DNA of 64,000 nucleotides from a virus. Taxonomy: Duplodnaviria > Caudoviricetes. Position numbers and translations under genes: made by a program. Below the pieces are notes generated by a model that searched no databases, was not told the origin of the DNA, and saw nothing but the letters and a program-made list of their open reading frames with translations. Of this stretch, positions 35,967-46,733 are shown one piece after another. Position 1 is the first letter of the stretch. Each line of letters starts with the position of its first letter. The stretch lies in the IMG/VR virus record IMGVR_UViG_3300024270_000002. One strand, written 5' to 3'.

Positions 35967-38012
35967 ATGATGTCAAACGAACTAAATTTAGAACAACTAA
36001 ATAATCTGTCTCCTGAAGAACGCGCGCTAGCTCTAGAAATTCTAAAAGAGTATTCTCAAGAAGGCTACTCAAGCCTTTTAGAAGACTTAAAATACTCGGA
36101 CTACGAAGAGATTCCTGTAGATATTATGACATTTATTTCAGAAGAAAGATATCTCGGTAGAGGCCTTTATATCGTAGACGACTTTACTGGAGAGAGAAAA
36201 TGCACAGTCTTTCCGTATTGGATAGAGAAGCTAAAAGAAATATTTCCTGATAACATAACAACTCGATATAATACAGTAATACTTACGGGCTCTATTGGTC
36301 TTGGTAAATCTTTTATTGCAGTTATCTGTCAACTCTATTTACTATACCGAATGATGTGCTTAAAAGACCCTTATACATTTTTTGGGCTTCAGCCCATAGA
36401 CAAGATAACGTTCTCCATGTTGAACGTAACCATAGAAGCTGCTCAAGGCGTCGGCTGGGACAAGATGCAGCAACTCCTCCAAAGCTCTGATTGGTTCATG
36501 GAACGTGGTAATATGAATGCCAGTAGAACAAATCCGCAATGGCAGCCGCCAAAAGGAATTGAACTAGTATTCGGTTCTAGTAATAGACACGTAGTTGGTC
36601 GTGCGCTATTTTCTAACTTCAGTGATGAAGTTAACTTCGGAGTTAGCAATAATGTAGAGAAGCAGAAAGCTAAGCTTAAGAAAATGATTTCTCAGATTGA
36701 CGCCCGTATGATTTCTCGTTTTGGTAAAGGTACATACCTTCCCACGATGAATATAATTGCGTCTTCTAAAGATTCTGAGCAGGCTTTCTTGGAATCTTAC
36801 ATAGAGACAAAACGACAAAATGAAAGTAAAACTACTCTTATTGTAGACGAGCCTCAGTGGGTAATTAGAAATGACAAAGGTACGCCAGATGATCCTGGAA
36901 GTTTCTATGTTGCTGTCGGAAACAAGTTCCTGGCTCACGAACTCCTACCTGTAGATGCTACAGAAGAAGAGGTAAATGCTTACAGAGAAAAAGGCTACTT
37001 CATGTTAAAAGTTCCTCCTATTTACAGAGAAGCTTTCGAAGATAATATGGACCTTGCTCTTACAGATAACGCCGGTATTTCTACTTCTAGTTCTACTAAA
37101 TATATTTCTGGTGTTAGACTAAATCAAATTAAACTAGACACCTATAAAAATCCATTCGTAAAAGATGTTATCGAAGTCGGTAATAGCCCGGAAGATGTGG
37201 TACAATACGCTAACTTCTTTGACTTAACACGAGTCAATCAAAGAGACTTAGTAAGACCTTTATTTATCCATCTTGATATGTCACTCTCCGGAGACAAAAC
37301 CGGTATTGCAGGCGTGTGGATAACGGGCAAAAGACCGCAAAAGGTTGGAGAAGAGCCGAGTAAAGAACTTGAGTTTAAGCTGGCTTTCTCAGTATCCGTT
37401 AAAGCTCCTAAAGGATTCCAGGTAAGTTTTGAAAAGAATAGAAACTTTATACGCTGGCTACGAGATAGGGGCTTTGCAATAAAAGGAGTATCAAGCGACA
37501 CTTACCAGTCTGCTCAAATTCAACAGCAATTAAAAGCAGATGGTTTTAATACAAAGATACTTTCAGTGGATAGAGTTGATAGCACAACCAAACTTTGCCA
37601 ACCTTATGCATTCTTTAAGTCAGCTATTTATGAGCGACACATTCAAATGTATAAAGATTGTCAGCTGTTAACAGAAGAGCTCGTAAGTTTAGAAAGACTT
37701 TCTGACGGACACATTGACCACCCGCAAAATGGAAGCAAAGACCAAGCCGACGCAGTATGTGGTTCACTCTATTTAGCGAGTGAGTTTGCAGAAGAGTATT
37801 CCTATGACTACGGCGAAAATCTTGAGACTTCTTTAGATGTCAATGTAGAAAGCTCTGATGAGTACAGAAAGCATCAAATGATAGCTGAATTCCAAGAGGA
37901 ACTTACTAAAATTTATTTTGATATGGCAGCTGCTGACGAAGCAATAGATTATAAGAAAAAACAAGAATACGAAATGTACCAAAATATAATGGACGGTATA
38001 ATCATTTTATGA
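35967..38012 (+). CDS. terL: Terminase large subunit
   Basis: GSIGLGKS Walker A, FSDE Walker B, IASS, HLDMS...DKTG, SDTYQS, DHP...KDQADA; directly before portal. Confidence 0.9.
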   Translation: MMSNELNLEQLNNLSPEERALALEILKEYSQEGYSSLLEDLKYSDYEEIPVDIMTFISEERYLGRGLYIVDDFTGERKCTVFPYWIEKLKEIFPDNITTRYNTVILTGSIGLGKSFIAVICQLYLLYRMMCLKDPYTFFGLQPIDKITFSMLNVTIEAAQGVGWDKMQQLLQSSDWFMERGNMNASRTNPQWQPPKGIELVFGSSNRHVVGRALFSNFSDEVNFGVSNNVEKQKAKLKKMISQIDARMISRFGKGTYLPTMNIIASSKDSEQAFLESYIETKRQNESKTTLIVDEPQWVIRNDKGTPDDPGSFYVAVGNKFLAHELLPVDATEEEVNAYREKGYFMLKVPPIYREAFEDNMDLALTDNAGISTSSSTKYISGVRLNQIKLDTYKNPFVKDVIEVGNSPEDVVQYANFFDLTRVNQRDLVRPLFIHLDMSLSGDKTGIAGVWITGKRPQKVGEEPSKELEFKLAFSVSVKAPKGFQVSFEKNRNFIRWLRDRGFAIKGVSSDTYQSAQIQQQLKADGFNTKILSVDRVDSTTKLCQPYAFFKSAIYERHIQMYKDCQLLTEELVSLERLSDGHIDHPQNGSKDQADAVCGSLYLASEFAEEYSYDYGENLETSLDVNVESSDEYRKHQMIAEFQEELTKIYFDMAAADEAIDYKKKQEYEMYQNIMDGIIIL

Positions 38013-38027
38013 AGGAGACCATAGATT

Positions 38028-39959
38028 ATGGCTGAGACTGAAAATAAAAATAAAACATCACATCCACTGGTCGGTAGTCAAACGCAGCCAGTTACACTAA
38101 ATAATACTACTACTTTGGACATTGATGTTAAAAATACGCTAGCAGATAATATCATAGAGGCAAGCCTAACTAGCAAATTAGATATGGCTGCTATTGAAAA
38201 CTTTACTAATATTTCTAATTCCCGTGACCAGATATATCAAATGATTGACACCATGGCACAAGACTCCTCTGTGGCAGCGATTCTAAGAACTTACACTGAG
38301 GATGTGTGTGAGCCGGCAGATAACGGACACGTTATTTGGTGCGAATCGAATGATCCAAAAATTAGTAAATTTGTTAACTATCTCTTAAATACTATGAATG
38401 CTGATAAGAATATGTACGGTTGGACATATGAGCTAATCAAGTACGGAGATGTATATTTGCGTCTTTTCAGAGAATCTGACTACGAAGATACTTTGTTTAA
38501 GCCAGCAAGTATTGACCAAGCTTACTCTGCTAGAAACACTCTTAATGAGGATTTCAAAGAAAAACTGGATGAAGCCGTTAAGCTAAATCTGCACTCCGCT
38601 TCTGACCCATATAGTTATTATGTTGAGGCGATAGACGACCCGGGCACTATGTTTGAGCTTACTAAGTTTGGTAAAACTTATGGCTACATAGAAACTCCTA
38701 ACGAGGATTCCGGATTAGATACTATATCAGCTTTTACTGGTACAAATACCTCAGGCACATACAATTTTAGAATGAAATCTGCTGACGTTAACGTCTATCA
38801 GGCTGACGACTTTGTACATGCCTGTCTTGAAGACAACTTTACGAGATTCCCAGAAACAGTTGATTTGTTTATCGATCCGGAAGGAAAAAAAAGTCAATCA
38901 TATAGTGTTCGTCGTGGTAAGTCATTACTATACGATGCTTATAAGATCTGGCGAGAAAAGGCACTTCTAGAAAATGCTGCACTCTTAAACAGAATTACTC
39001 GTTCAAGTATTGTTCGTAAAGTCGGTGTAGAGGTTGGTGATATGCCAAAAGAACAAGTACAACAAACACTCCGCCGTGTTAAAGACATGATGGAACAAAA
39101 AAGTTCTGTTAATGTCGGCAAATCTATGAATGAATATAATAACCCAGGACCAGTTGAAAATAATATCTACTTCGCGACTCACGGAGGTCAAGGTAATATC
39201 ACTGTAGAAGCAGTTGGCGGTGACGTAGAAGTTAAAAACCTCGCAGACCTTGATTGGTGGAATAATAAATTTTATGCTGCTTTCGGAGTGCCAAAAGCAT
39301 TCTTTGGATGGACTGATGATGCTGCAGGATTTAATGGCGGTACTTCACTTTCAATTATTTCTAGTGTTTATGCTAAAGGCGTTAAGAGAGTTCAAAATGC
39401 TATGATACAGGCTCTTACAGATGCTATTAATCTTTTCCTATTAAATAGAGGACTAAAGAGCTACCTAAATAACTTTACTCTAAAAATGAAAGCACCTGTA
39501 ACTCAAGAAGAAATTGACTATCGTACTGACTTAACAAACAAAGTTAATGCTATCAGCAGTATGCAAGGACTATTTACTGATATTGAGGATAAGCCACGAC
39601 GCCTACGTATTTTAAAAGCTCTACTAGCTTCCCTGAACTACGGAGATGCTATTAATGCTGAAATCGATGAAGAGATTAAGGCAATAGAAGAAGCTGCCGC
39701 AGCTGAAGTAGAAGATGAAGAAGATTTAGAAAATGTCGAGGCTACAGAAGAGGTTCCTACCGAGGCTGGTACTGAGCCAGAAACCTCTGGTGATGATATG
39801 GACCTTGGCACGCTAGATGCTCTTGAGTCCTTTAATACCGGAACAGGTGATATATTATTGGAAGACCAAGAAATCATTAGTAGCATGTTATTAACTGAAG
39901 ATGATCTTCCTTCGCCTGCTGACCTTGACGCAGAAAAAGATTTTTCAGAAAATAATTAA
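38028..39959 (+). CDS. Portal protein, T4 gp20-like
   Basis: KYGDVY, LLENAALLNRITRS, VEVGDMPK, KFYAAFGVPK. Confidence 0.88.
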   Translation: MAETENKNKTSHPLVGSQTQPVTLNNTTTLDIDVKNTLADNIIEASLTSKLDMAAIENFTNISNSRDQIYQMIDTMAQDSSVAAILRTYTEDVCEPADNGHVIWCESNDPKISKFVNYLLNTMNADKNMYGWTYELIKYGDVYLRLFRESDYEDTLFKPASIDQAYSARNTLNEDFKEKLDEAVKLNLHSASDPYSYYVEAIDDPGTMFELTKFGKTYGYIETPNEDSGLDTISAFTGTNTSGTYNFRMKSADVNVYQADDFVHACLEDNFTRFPETVDLFIDPEGKKSQSYSVRRGKSLLYDAYKIWREKALLENAALLNRITRSSIVRKVGVEVGDMPKEQVQQTLRRVKDMMEQKSSVNVGKSMNEYNNPGPVENNIYFATHGGQGNITVEAVGGDVEVKNLADLDWWNNKFYAAFGVPKAFFGWTDDAAGFNGGTSLSIISSVYAKGVKRVQNAMIQALTDAINLFLLNRGLKSYLNNFTLKMKAPVTQEEIDYRTDLTNKVNAISSMQGLFTDIEDKPRRLRILKALLASLNYGDAINAEIDEEIKAIEEAAAAEVEDEEDLENVEATEEVPTEAGTEPETSGDDMDLGTLDALESFNTGTGDILLEDQEIISSMLLTEDDLPSPADLDAEKDFSENN

Positions 39960-39988
39960 GTTTTGTTAAAAGAAAGGTACTTAAATAA

Positions 39989-40462
39989 ATGATCACAAAA
40001 AATGACTGCTTAACTGTTTTAGTAGCACTTGAAGATAGAGGCATTAATATTAATACGCCAATGCGAAAATTAGTAACTTCTAAGGAAGTTCCAATGGAAG
40101 TGCTAAAATTTATTTTAGACAATCGTGGAATTGAAGTCGCAAATTTTTATGAAATGCTACGCAAAAAACATAATCAGAAGAAATCGCCGCTATATCATAA
40201 TATAGTAAAAGAAATTACTGATACAGATGAGATTATTACTACCCTTGCCTGTTTACTTGTCCAGATTACTTTGTATAGTAAGAAACTCCCAACCAGCAAA
40301 GAAATTTTCCAACGCGAAGTAAGAGCTGAGGAAATTACTAGGGTCTTAAATAATTATTACAAGACAGGCGAATTCGACCAATGTTTGGCGCTACTCAAAC
40401 TGCTAAAAACTGACTTGCTCGTACTTGAGCACATCAGCGGACGCAGAGAATTATTAGTATAA
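39989..40462 (+). CDS. Hypothetical protein
   Basis: GAAAGG RBS, intact ORF. Confidence 0.7.
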   Translation: MITKNDCLTVLVALEDRGININTPMRKLVTSKEVPMEVLKFILDNRGIEVANFYEMLRKKHNQKKSPLYHNIVKEITDTDEIITTLACLLVQITLYSKKLPTSKEIFQREVRAEEITRVLNNYYKTGEFDQCLALLKLLKTDLLVLEHISGRRELLV

Positions 40463-40469
40463 ATAATTT

Positions 40470-40497
40470 AAACCGTGGTATTTTACCACGGTTTTAT
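40470..40497 (+). terminator. Terminator
   Basis: AAACCGTGGTA-TTT-TACCACGGTTTT. Confidence 0.85.
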
Positions 40498-40587
40498 TTT
40501 ATATTTAAAAATATTCGCTAAATTAATTGATTAGACGACAGTCTAAAAACGTTTTAAATATTATCTATTTATAAGGAGATTTTTATA

Positions 40588-40950
40588 ATGGATTTAAAAA
40601 ATGGCTATAAAGTAATTTACGAGAAGGCCGCTGACGGCGTAAGAACTTTCTATGCTTCTAAGAATGTTAAGTGCGACCCTACAGTAGACGATAAAATCGT
40701 TGAGGCTGAAATCGGTAAGTATAGACTTATCTATGAAAAGGCAGGACGTTTCTATGGCAGCGAAACAGGTATTCCAGCTGACAGTGATTACTGCTTTGAG
40801 GACTTTGACAAAGTTTTCGTAGAAGCAATGGCAGAGCCGACGGCAATTGCTGAAGATGAGGCAGTTACTCCTGTTGTTGAACCTACTGTTGAACCTGAAA
40901 TTGAGCCAGAGGTTGAAGTACCTGTGGTTGACCCTGAGGACGAAGAATAA
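40588..40950 (+). CDS. Late hypothetical protein with internal duplication and acidic tail
   Basis: YKVIYEKA / YRLIYEKA repeat; late motif at 40516. Confidence 0.7.
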   Translation: MDLKNGYKVIYEKAADGVRTFYASKNVKCDPTVDDKIVEAEIGKYRLIYEKAGRFYGSETGIPADSDYCFEDFDKVFVEAMAEPTAIAEDEAVTPVVEPTVEPEIEPEVEVPVVDPEDEE

Positions 40951-41026
40951 TTTATTATTAAATTATCAGTTTAATAATTTAATATCTGCTAAATTATTTA
41001 GAACACTGTAACTGAAGAGGATAACT

Positions 41027-42979
41027 ATGGAATTAAAAAATAAAAAGATTCTTGAAGCGTTACAGATGCAGCCACTATCACAGGAGGAAATGACCTCTAG
41101 ACATATTTTAGGCAGAATGTACGGTCCTATTGCTACTTGTGTTGATAGCACACGTAATGGCAGACTTTACAACAAGCCTCTTTGGGAGAAAGCTCTACAA
41201 GATGATATTTTTCTAGAGAAGGTTGCTACTAAAGCACTTTTCTTAGAACTTGGGCATCCTGCCGACCGTGAAGAAACGGACATGAAACAGACTTGTGCTT
41301 GTATTCCTGAAGTTCCTAAAATTGTCGGTGATGACCTATGTGCCTATGTTGATATATTAGACACGCCTAACGGCAGACTGCTAAAAACGCTTGTAGACTA
41401 TGGATTTGTTCCTGGAATCAGCTCGCGCGGTTCCGGTGACGTTATGGACAATAATCAAGTAGATCCTGAGACGTTCTTCTTAGAGACTTGGGACATTGTT
41501 CAATTACCTGCAGTTAAAAAAGCAAGATTGAATGTTTGTGAATCTTTAGACTCTGAAGGCCTCAAGCTTAAAAAAGCTTTGGCTGAGTCTTATAAGGCTG
41601 CAAAAGAAGAGGATAAAGATACTATGAAAAAAGCATTAGAAAATTTAAATATCGATATCGAAGAAGAAATTTCTAACGAAGAAGCTACTGAGGAAACTCC
41701 TAAAAAGGTTCTTACTGCTGATGATATTCCTTGGTCTGAGGACGAGAACGAAGTTCTTGTAGAAGAAATGCCCGCAGATGATGAGGATGAACCAGAAGAG
41801 AGTGAAGAGACTTCAGAGGAGCAAGTTGAGGTAGAAAGTTCTGAGGAGCCAACAGAAACAGATATAGCTGTAACTGATGAAGAGTCTGCAGAGGAAGCTG
41901 AAGAAGCTTCTGAGAAAGAAGTTATTGACGTAGACTCTACCGAAGAGGTTGAGCTTAATACTGTCGGTGATGCTATTGAAATGCTTCAGGAATATGACGA
42001 TGATGTTAGAATTGAACTCGAGCCTATTGAAATTGATGGCCAAGAGTATGCTTTAAATGGCATTACTTCCTTTGTCGACGATGAGGGCGAAAAAGATATC
42101 TTAGTTTTAGGTGTTACCTGTGAAGACTCTGAAGAAGCTTCAGATGACACAGATTCAAATATAGAGATTGAAACCGAAGAAACTCCTGTTGAAACCATTG
42201 AACAAGTAGACGATGGCGAAGACTCAGCCGACGATGACGGAGATGAAGAAGTAATCGAAAGCTTGAAAGAGATGATCAGACAGAAGGAAGCTTTGGAAAC
42301 CGAAGTTAGTGATTTGCGTAAAGCTAAGTCAGTTGGCGATGCCAAGGAGCAGGAGTTACAAGAAAAGCTAGACCGGTACAGAACTGCATTTAGAACCACT
42401 AGTGCAGAAGCAGCAAAAGTTCCAGAGCTGCAAAAACAGGTTAAAGAGCTCACTGAAAAATTAACACAATCAAGCAACCAAATTAAAACATTAACTGAAA
42501 AGGTTAATAACGCACGACAGCTAAAAGAGAGCATTGAAGGTAGCAAAGCTACTGAAAGACGCTTAACAGAAGAAGTGTCTATACTTACTAAAAAGTCTGA
42601 AACTCTTGAAGCTAAATTAGAAGGTCAAACTAAGGTTTATACTGAAAAACTTCAGGAACGAACTGACCTTGCAAAAGCTTATAAAACACGCTATATTGAA
42701 ACCCTCAATAGGTATGTAAAGTCTAAAGCAGATATGCTAGGTGTTGCGCCTTCTGAAATTACAAGCCGCCTCAATGAAAGTTACACTCTTAAAGATGTTG
42801 ATGCTGTTTGTGACCAAATTCTTGAATCTACTGTAAACTTCAGTAGACTTCCTTTCGGCGGAAGGGCAAAGGCTTCTGCACGTATTGCTGAGTCTATCTC
42901 TAAACCTACTGTAAAAGACACTGAATACGGCTATGAAATCGATGACGATCTTCTCGAGCTCGCTGGATTGAAGAAATAA
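41027..42979 (+). CDS. Prohead protease (gp21-like) fused to acidic/coiled-coil scaffold (gp22-like)
   Basis: NGRLY, ELGHP, ILDTPNG, GISSRGSG, WDIVQLP; long acidic and coiled-coil C-terminus. Confidence 0.9.
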   Translation: MELKNKKILEALQMQPLSQEEMTSRHILGRMYGPIATCVDSTRNGRLYNKPLWEKALQDDIFLEKVATKALFLELGHPADREETDMKQTCACIPEVPKIVGDDLCAYVDILDTPNGRLLKTLVDYGFVPGISSRGSGDVMDNNQVDPETFFLETWDIVQLPAVKKARLNVCESLDSEGLKLKKALAESYKAAKEEDKDTMKKALENLNIDIEEEISNEEATEETPKKVLTADDIPWSEDENEVLVEEMPADDEDEPEESEETSEEQVEVESSEEPTETDIAVTDEESAEEAEEASEKEVIDVDSTEEVELNTVGDAIEMLQEYDDDVRIELEPIEIDGQEYALNGITSFVDDEGEKDILVLGVTCEDSEEASDDTDSNIEIETEETPVETIEQVDDGEDSADDDGDEEVIESLKEMIRQKEALETEVSDLRKAKSVGDAKEQELQEKLDRYRTAFRTTSAEAAKVPELQKQVKELTEKLTQSSNQIKTLTEKVNNARQLKESIEGSKATERRLTEEVSILTKKSETLEAKLEGQTKVYTEKLQERTDLAKAYKTRYIETLNRYVKSKADMLGVAPSEITSRLNESYTLKDVDAVCDQILESTVNFSRLPFGGRAKASARIAESISKPTVKDTEYGYEIDDDLLELAGLKK

Positions 42980-43042
42980 AATAAGCTCAAATAAACTATT
43001 AAAATAAAAAAAATTAATTATTACTTTAGAAAGAGGTAAATT

Positions 43043-44365
43043 ATGAGACAGAATCTTTTAGAGACTTATTCTCGCCAGCTCAAGGTTGCTGAGGCTTATG
43101 TAGCTAAGAACTTTGAAGGCAAAACTATGTCTAGCAATACAGCTCTTACTACTGCTGTTCTTCTAGATAACACTAACCGTTGGATGACCGAGTCACTCAA
43201 CAACACTATCGGTGCAGTTAATCATACTGACCTTGGCGCTTGGAAGAAGTTCTGCTTGAACCTTACTAATATTGCAGTTCCTTCCCTTATCGCTAATGAT
43301 CTTGTTATCGTTCATCCTATGACTTCTTACTCTGGTTCTATCGCATACCTTGAGTACGTTTCTCTTACTAAGAAGGGCGGCGTTGAGGTCGGCGATATGT
43401 TCAACAGCGTATTCGGTCATGGCGCTATGGAAGGTGAGAAGGGCGAAGCTCGTATGAACTTCACTTCTCAGATCATCGTTGAGACTATCGGCGCTGATAA
43501 GAAGCTCGCTTTTGATAAGGTTGTTGCTGGCGGTCTTACTTACATGGACGAAACAAGTTCTGATGTTAAGAAAGCTACTTACAAAGTTAACGGCAAGTAC
43601 GTAGATGAGTACACTCCTGCTGAGGGTGACAAAGTTGCTTACGTTGCTGAGCAGTTCCAGATGGCTAAGGTTCCTGCTACAGAGATTCCTGCTATTGGTC
43701 CTCGCATGAAGCACATTCCTCTTGTTGCTGAGCCTCGTAGAATCGCTGTTCGTTACGACCAGATCACTGCTTTCCAAGCTAAGACTGACTATGGCTTCTC
43801 TCTTGACAAGCAGATCGCTGAGCAGGCTTGTGGTGAGCTTGCATACGAAATCGACACCGAGATCGTAGCAATGCTTAAGGAAGGTGCTGGTGAGGCTCTT
43901 GCTGAGCTTACTTGGAGCAAGACTCTTCCTGCAGGCGTTTCTAAGTTCGAGCATTACAACGGCTTCCTTGAGGTTGTTGAAATTGCTAGAGCTATTATCT
44001 ACAACAGAACTAAGAAGTTCCATCCTAACTACATGGTAATCGCTTCTGACGTTCTTCCTGTTCTTCGTTTCATCAACGGCTTCACCGCTGTTAAGAACGT
44101 TAAGATGAATGGTCCTTACAAGGTTGGTGAGCTTGACGGACTTGCTGTTTATGTATCTCCTCTTATGGGTGAAGGCGAGTTCTTCCTTGGTCTCAACGGT
44201 AACGATATGATGAGCTCTGCTGGTGTTTATGCACCATATATGGCTATAGTGCCTACACAGCTTCTCGGAACTCCTGATGGAGGAATGGCACAGGGCTTCA
44301 GTACCTGGTACGCTAAGGCACTCCTTAACAAGTCTCTCCTTGTTGCAGGTAAAATTGAGAAATAA
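43043..44365 (+). CDS. Major capsid protein, T4 gp23-like
   Basis: PSLIANDLVIVHPM, EIDTEI, YAPY; strong codon bias; follows scaffold. Confidence 0.92.
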   Translation: MRQNLLETYSRQLKVAEAYVAKNFEGKTMSSNTALTTAVLLDNTNRWMTESLNNTIGAVNHTDLGAWKKFCLNLTNIAVPSLIANDLVIVHPMTSYSGSIAYLEYVSLTKKGGVEVGDMFNSVFGHGAMEGEKGEARMNFTSQIIVETIGADKKLAFDKVVAGGLTYMDETSSDVKKATYKVNGKYVDEYTPAEGDKVAYVAEQFQMAKVPATEIPAIGPRMKHIPLVAEPRRIAVRYDQITAFQAKTDYGFSLDKQIAEQACGELAYEIDTEIVAMLKEGAGEALAELTWSKTLPAGVSKFEHYNGFLEVVEIARAIIYNRTKKFHPNYMVIASDVLPVLRFINGFTAVKNVKMNGPYKVGELDGLAVYVSPLMGEGEFFLGLNGNDMMSSAGVYAPYMAIVPTQLLGTPDGGMAQGFSTWYAKALLNKSLLVAGKIEK

Positions 44366-44473
44366 TCTAATATAATAAATAATTACATATAATTTATTGT
44401 ATAATATATTAAGGGTTCACTGCAGAACCCTTAATATTAAGTAAAATTAAAAACTAAGTAGGAGCAATAATGT

Positions 44474-45907
44474 ATGGCGAGGCTTTTATTTGAAGATTAC
44501 TTACAACAAATAGATAAAAATGAACTTATAAATAACTATATTACAGAAAATAAATCTGTTAAAGAGTGTTGCTTAATATTCAATATAGGGCAATCTATGC
44601 TTATGCGAATATTAAAGCATTATAAGATAAGAAAACCTAAAGACGCGCATGTACAAAACATTAAAAAGAGTAAGCTTGAGCACTTTGGAAATCCTAATTA
44701 TAATAATCATGCAAAAAGAACACAAACCAATTTAGAAAAATATGGAGTAGAAAACCAATTTCAAAGACCTGAGCTATTTCCACAGATACAACAACTAAAA
44801 AGAGACCGATATGGTTCTTACAATAATATAAAAAAGAATTTAGAAACGCGAGCTCAAAATAGCGGCTCTTTGGAAGCTTCTTATGCAGCTCAGCAAGAAA
44901 CCTATAAACAAACCTGCTTAAAAAAATATGGTGTACCAAATACAGCAAAAGTCGAAGGCATAAGACGACAGATCGCAAGTACACTAAAAGATACTTTTAT
45001 TGAACGCTATGGTGCAGAGAATTACTGGGCAATGCCAGATGCTAAGCGATCAAATGGTAGTAAAAATTCTAGAGCAAATCTGTACTTTAAAGATTTGTTA
45101 GAAACTGGCCAAATATCTTTCACAGTAGAATTTCCACTTGATGGTAAATGGTTTGACTTCAAGGTTGATAATTATCTAATTGAAATAAACCCAACAGCGA
45201 CACATAATAGTACTTGGGGTATATATTCATCTGAAGGATTAGCTAAAGATTACCACAAACAAAAAGCAGCTATTGCCGCTGCTAATGGTTATATGTGCAT
45301 TCATGTATTTGATTGGGATGACCAAAACAAAATTATACAAATGCTAGAAAACAAAGAGCGTATCTATGCGAGAGATTGCACTATAAAAGAACTTTCCGCG
45401 GCTGAAGCGGCTGAGTTCCTAAATAAAAATCATTTGCAGGGGTACGCCAAAGATAAAATAAGATTAGGTTTATTTTATCAAGACTGTCTAGTATCGCTAA
45501 TGACATTTGATGCTCCGAGATATAACAGAAAGTATGAATATGAGTTAATTAGGTACTGCACTGCAGCCTATAATGTTATAGGCGGTGCTGAAAAGCTTTT
45601 TAAACATTTCATTGATCAGTATTTACCGGCATCAGTCATAAGCTACTGTGATCTTAGCAAATTTACTGGTAAAGTATATGAAAAACTCGGCTTTAAGTTA
45701 GTAAGAAAAGCTGGGCCAAGCAAGCACTGGTACAATATGAAAACAAAGCAGCATATTACGGATAACTTACTTAGACAGCGAGGCTTTGATCAGCTCTTTA
45801 AAACCGACTTTGGCAAAAACAGCGATAATGAAGAACTGATGCTTAATCACAATTTTGTAGAAGTCTATGATTGTGGACAAGCAACTTATGTATGGCATAA
45901 CAATTAA
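44474..45907 (+). CDS. Homing-endonuclease-like protein: KYGV-type repeats + nuclease-like domain + C-terminal GNAT/Mom-like domain
   Basis: HFGN/KYGV/RYGS/KYGV/RYGA repeats; FDF...IEIN; FLNKNHLQG, YELIRYC, ISYCD, YEKLGF, YDCG. Confidence 0.65.
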   Translation: MARLLFEDYLQQIDKNELINNYITENKSVKECCLIFNIGQSMLMRILKHYKIRKPKDAHVQNIKKSKLEHFGNPNYNNHAKRTQTNLEKYGVENQFQRPELFPQIQQLKRDRYGSYNNIKKNLETRAQNSGSLEASYAAQQETYKQTCLKKYGVPNTAKVEGIRRQIASTLKDTFIERYGAENYWAMPDAKRSNGSKNSRANLYFKDLLETGQISFTVEFPLDGKWFDFKVDNYLIEINPTATHNSTWGIYSSEGLAKDYHKQKAAIAAANGYMCIHVFDWDDQNKIIQMLENKERIYARDCTIKELSAAEAAEFLNKNHLQGYAKDKIRLGLFYQDCLVSLMTFDAPRYNRKYEYELIRYCTAAYNVIGGAEKLFKHFIDQYLPASVISYCDLSKFTGKVYEKLGFKLVRKAGPSKHWYNMKTKQHITDNLLRQRGFDQLFKTDFGKNSDNEELMLNHNFVEVYDCGQATYVWHNN

Positions 45908-45910
45908 ATT

Positions 45911-45945
45911 TAAAGCACGTAGTGTAAAAAGCTGCGTGCTTTATT
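45911..45945 (+). terminator. Terminator
   Basis: TAAAGCACGTAG...CTGCGTGCTTTATTTTT. Confidence 0.8.
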
Positions 45946-45991
45946 TTTATTTGCTAAATTAATTAGTAATGTTAGCAAGGAGTTATAAACA

Positions 45992-46714
45992 ATGAAACTT
46001 GAAGATATTATAGACGAAGTTAAACTCGAACTCACTGGCTACATATTGGATATGGAGATAACAGATGAAACTTTGGTATCTGTTATTAAAAAAGCACTTA
46101 GAGAGCTAGAAAGATTCTGGGATGAGACAACTATGATCAGTGTACCATTTGCAAGCTGCATTGACTTAGATGGTGAGTTCTTCCAAGAAAAAGTAAGCTC
46201 TATTGTAAAAGTGTATAGAACTGAAGGCTTTGGCGACTCTGGTGGTGGACTTTCTGTAACAAGCGACCCGGTTCAAATGGCACAATTTGCTATTTTCAGC
46301 AACGGTGGTACAATGTACAGCTTACAGGATTATGTTATGAACTACGCTTCTTGGATGTCCATGCATCAGATAAGAAATACTATGTCTACAGACATGTCCT
46401 TCAAAGAAGATCGTCACAATAAAAAACTCTATATAAATAGTGCAAATAGCGCGCCCAATATGGTCACAATTGAGTACATACCAAAATTGCTCTCAGTAGA
46501 AGACATTAAAAGCGATTATTGGACGGACATTCTGGTTAAATACTGTGTAGCACTTACTAAAGTAGTTTTAGGAAGAATTAGAACACGCTTTAGTCAGACT
46601 AATGCACTCTGGACGCAAGATGGCGAGAAGATTTTAGAAGAAGGTAACACTGAGCTAAAAGAACTTCGAGAGCTGCTACGTCTAAATTCAAATATGATTT
46701 ATTTAATTGATTAA
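45992..46714 (+). CDS. Neck/head-tail adaptor, gp13-like
   Basis: Position after MCP; YCVALTKVVLGRIR...DGEKILEEG. Confidence 0.7.
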   Translation: MKLEDIIDEVKLELTGYILDMEITDETLVSVIKKALRELERFWDETTMISVPFASCIDLDGEFFQEKVSSIVKVYRTEGFGDSGGGLSVTSDPVQMAQFAIFSNGGTMYSLQDYVMNYASWMSMHQIRNTMSTDMSFKEDRHNKKLYINSANSAPNMVTIEYIPKLLSVEDIKSDYWTDILVKYCVALTKVVLGRIRTRFSQTNALWTQDGEKILEEGNTELKELRELLRLNSNMIYLID

Positions 46715-46733
46715 CAAATTAAGGAGAAATATA

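Noticed and set aside
43193-44023. Long minus-strand ORFs (also 1556-2239, 5905-6531, 11610-12176, 30230-31033, 41986-42546)
   Set aside because: Antisense shadows caused by codon bias or acidic low-complexity tracts; no RBS or motifs
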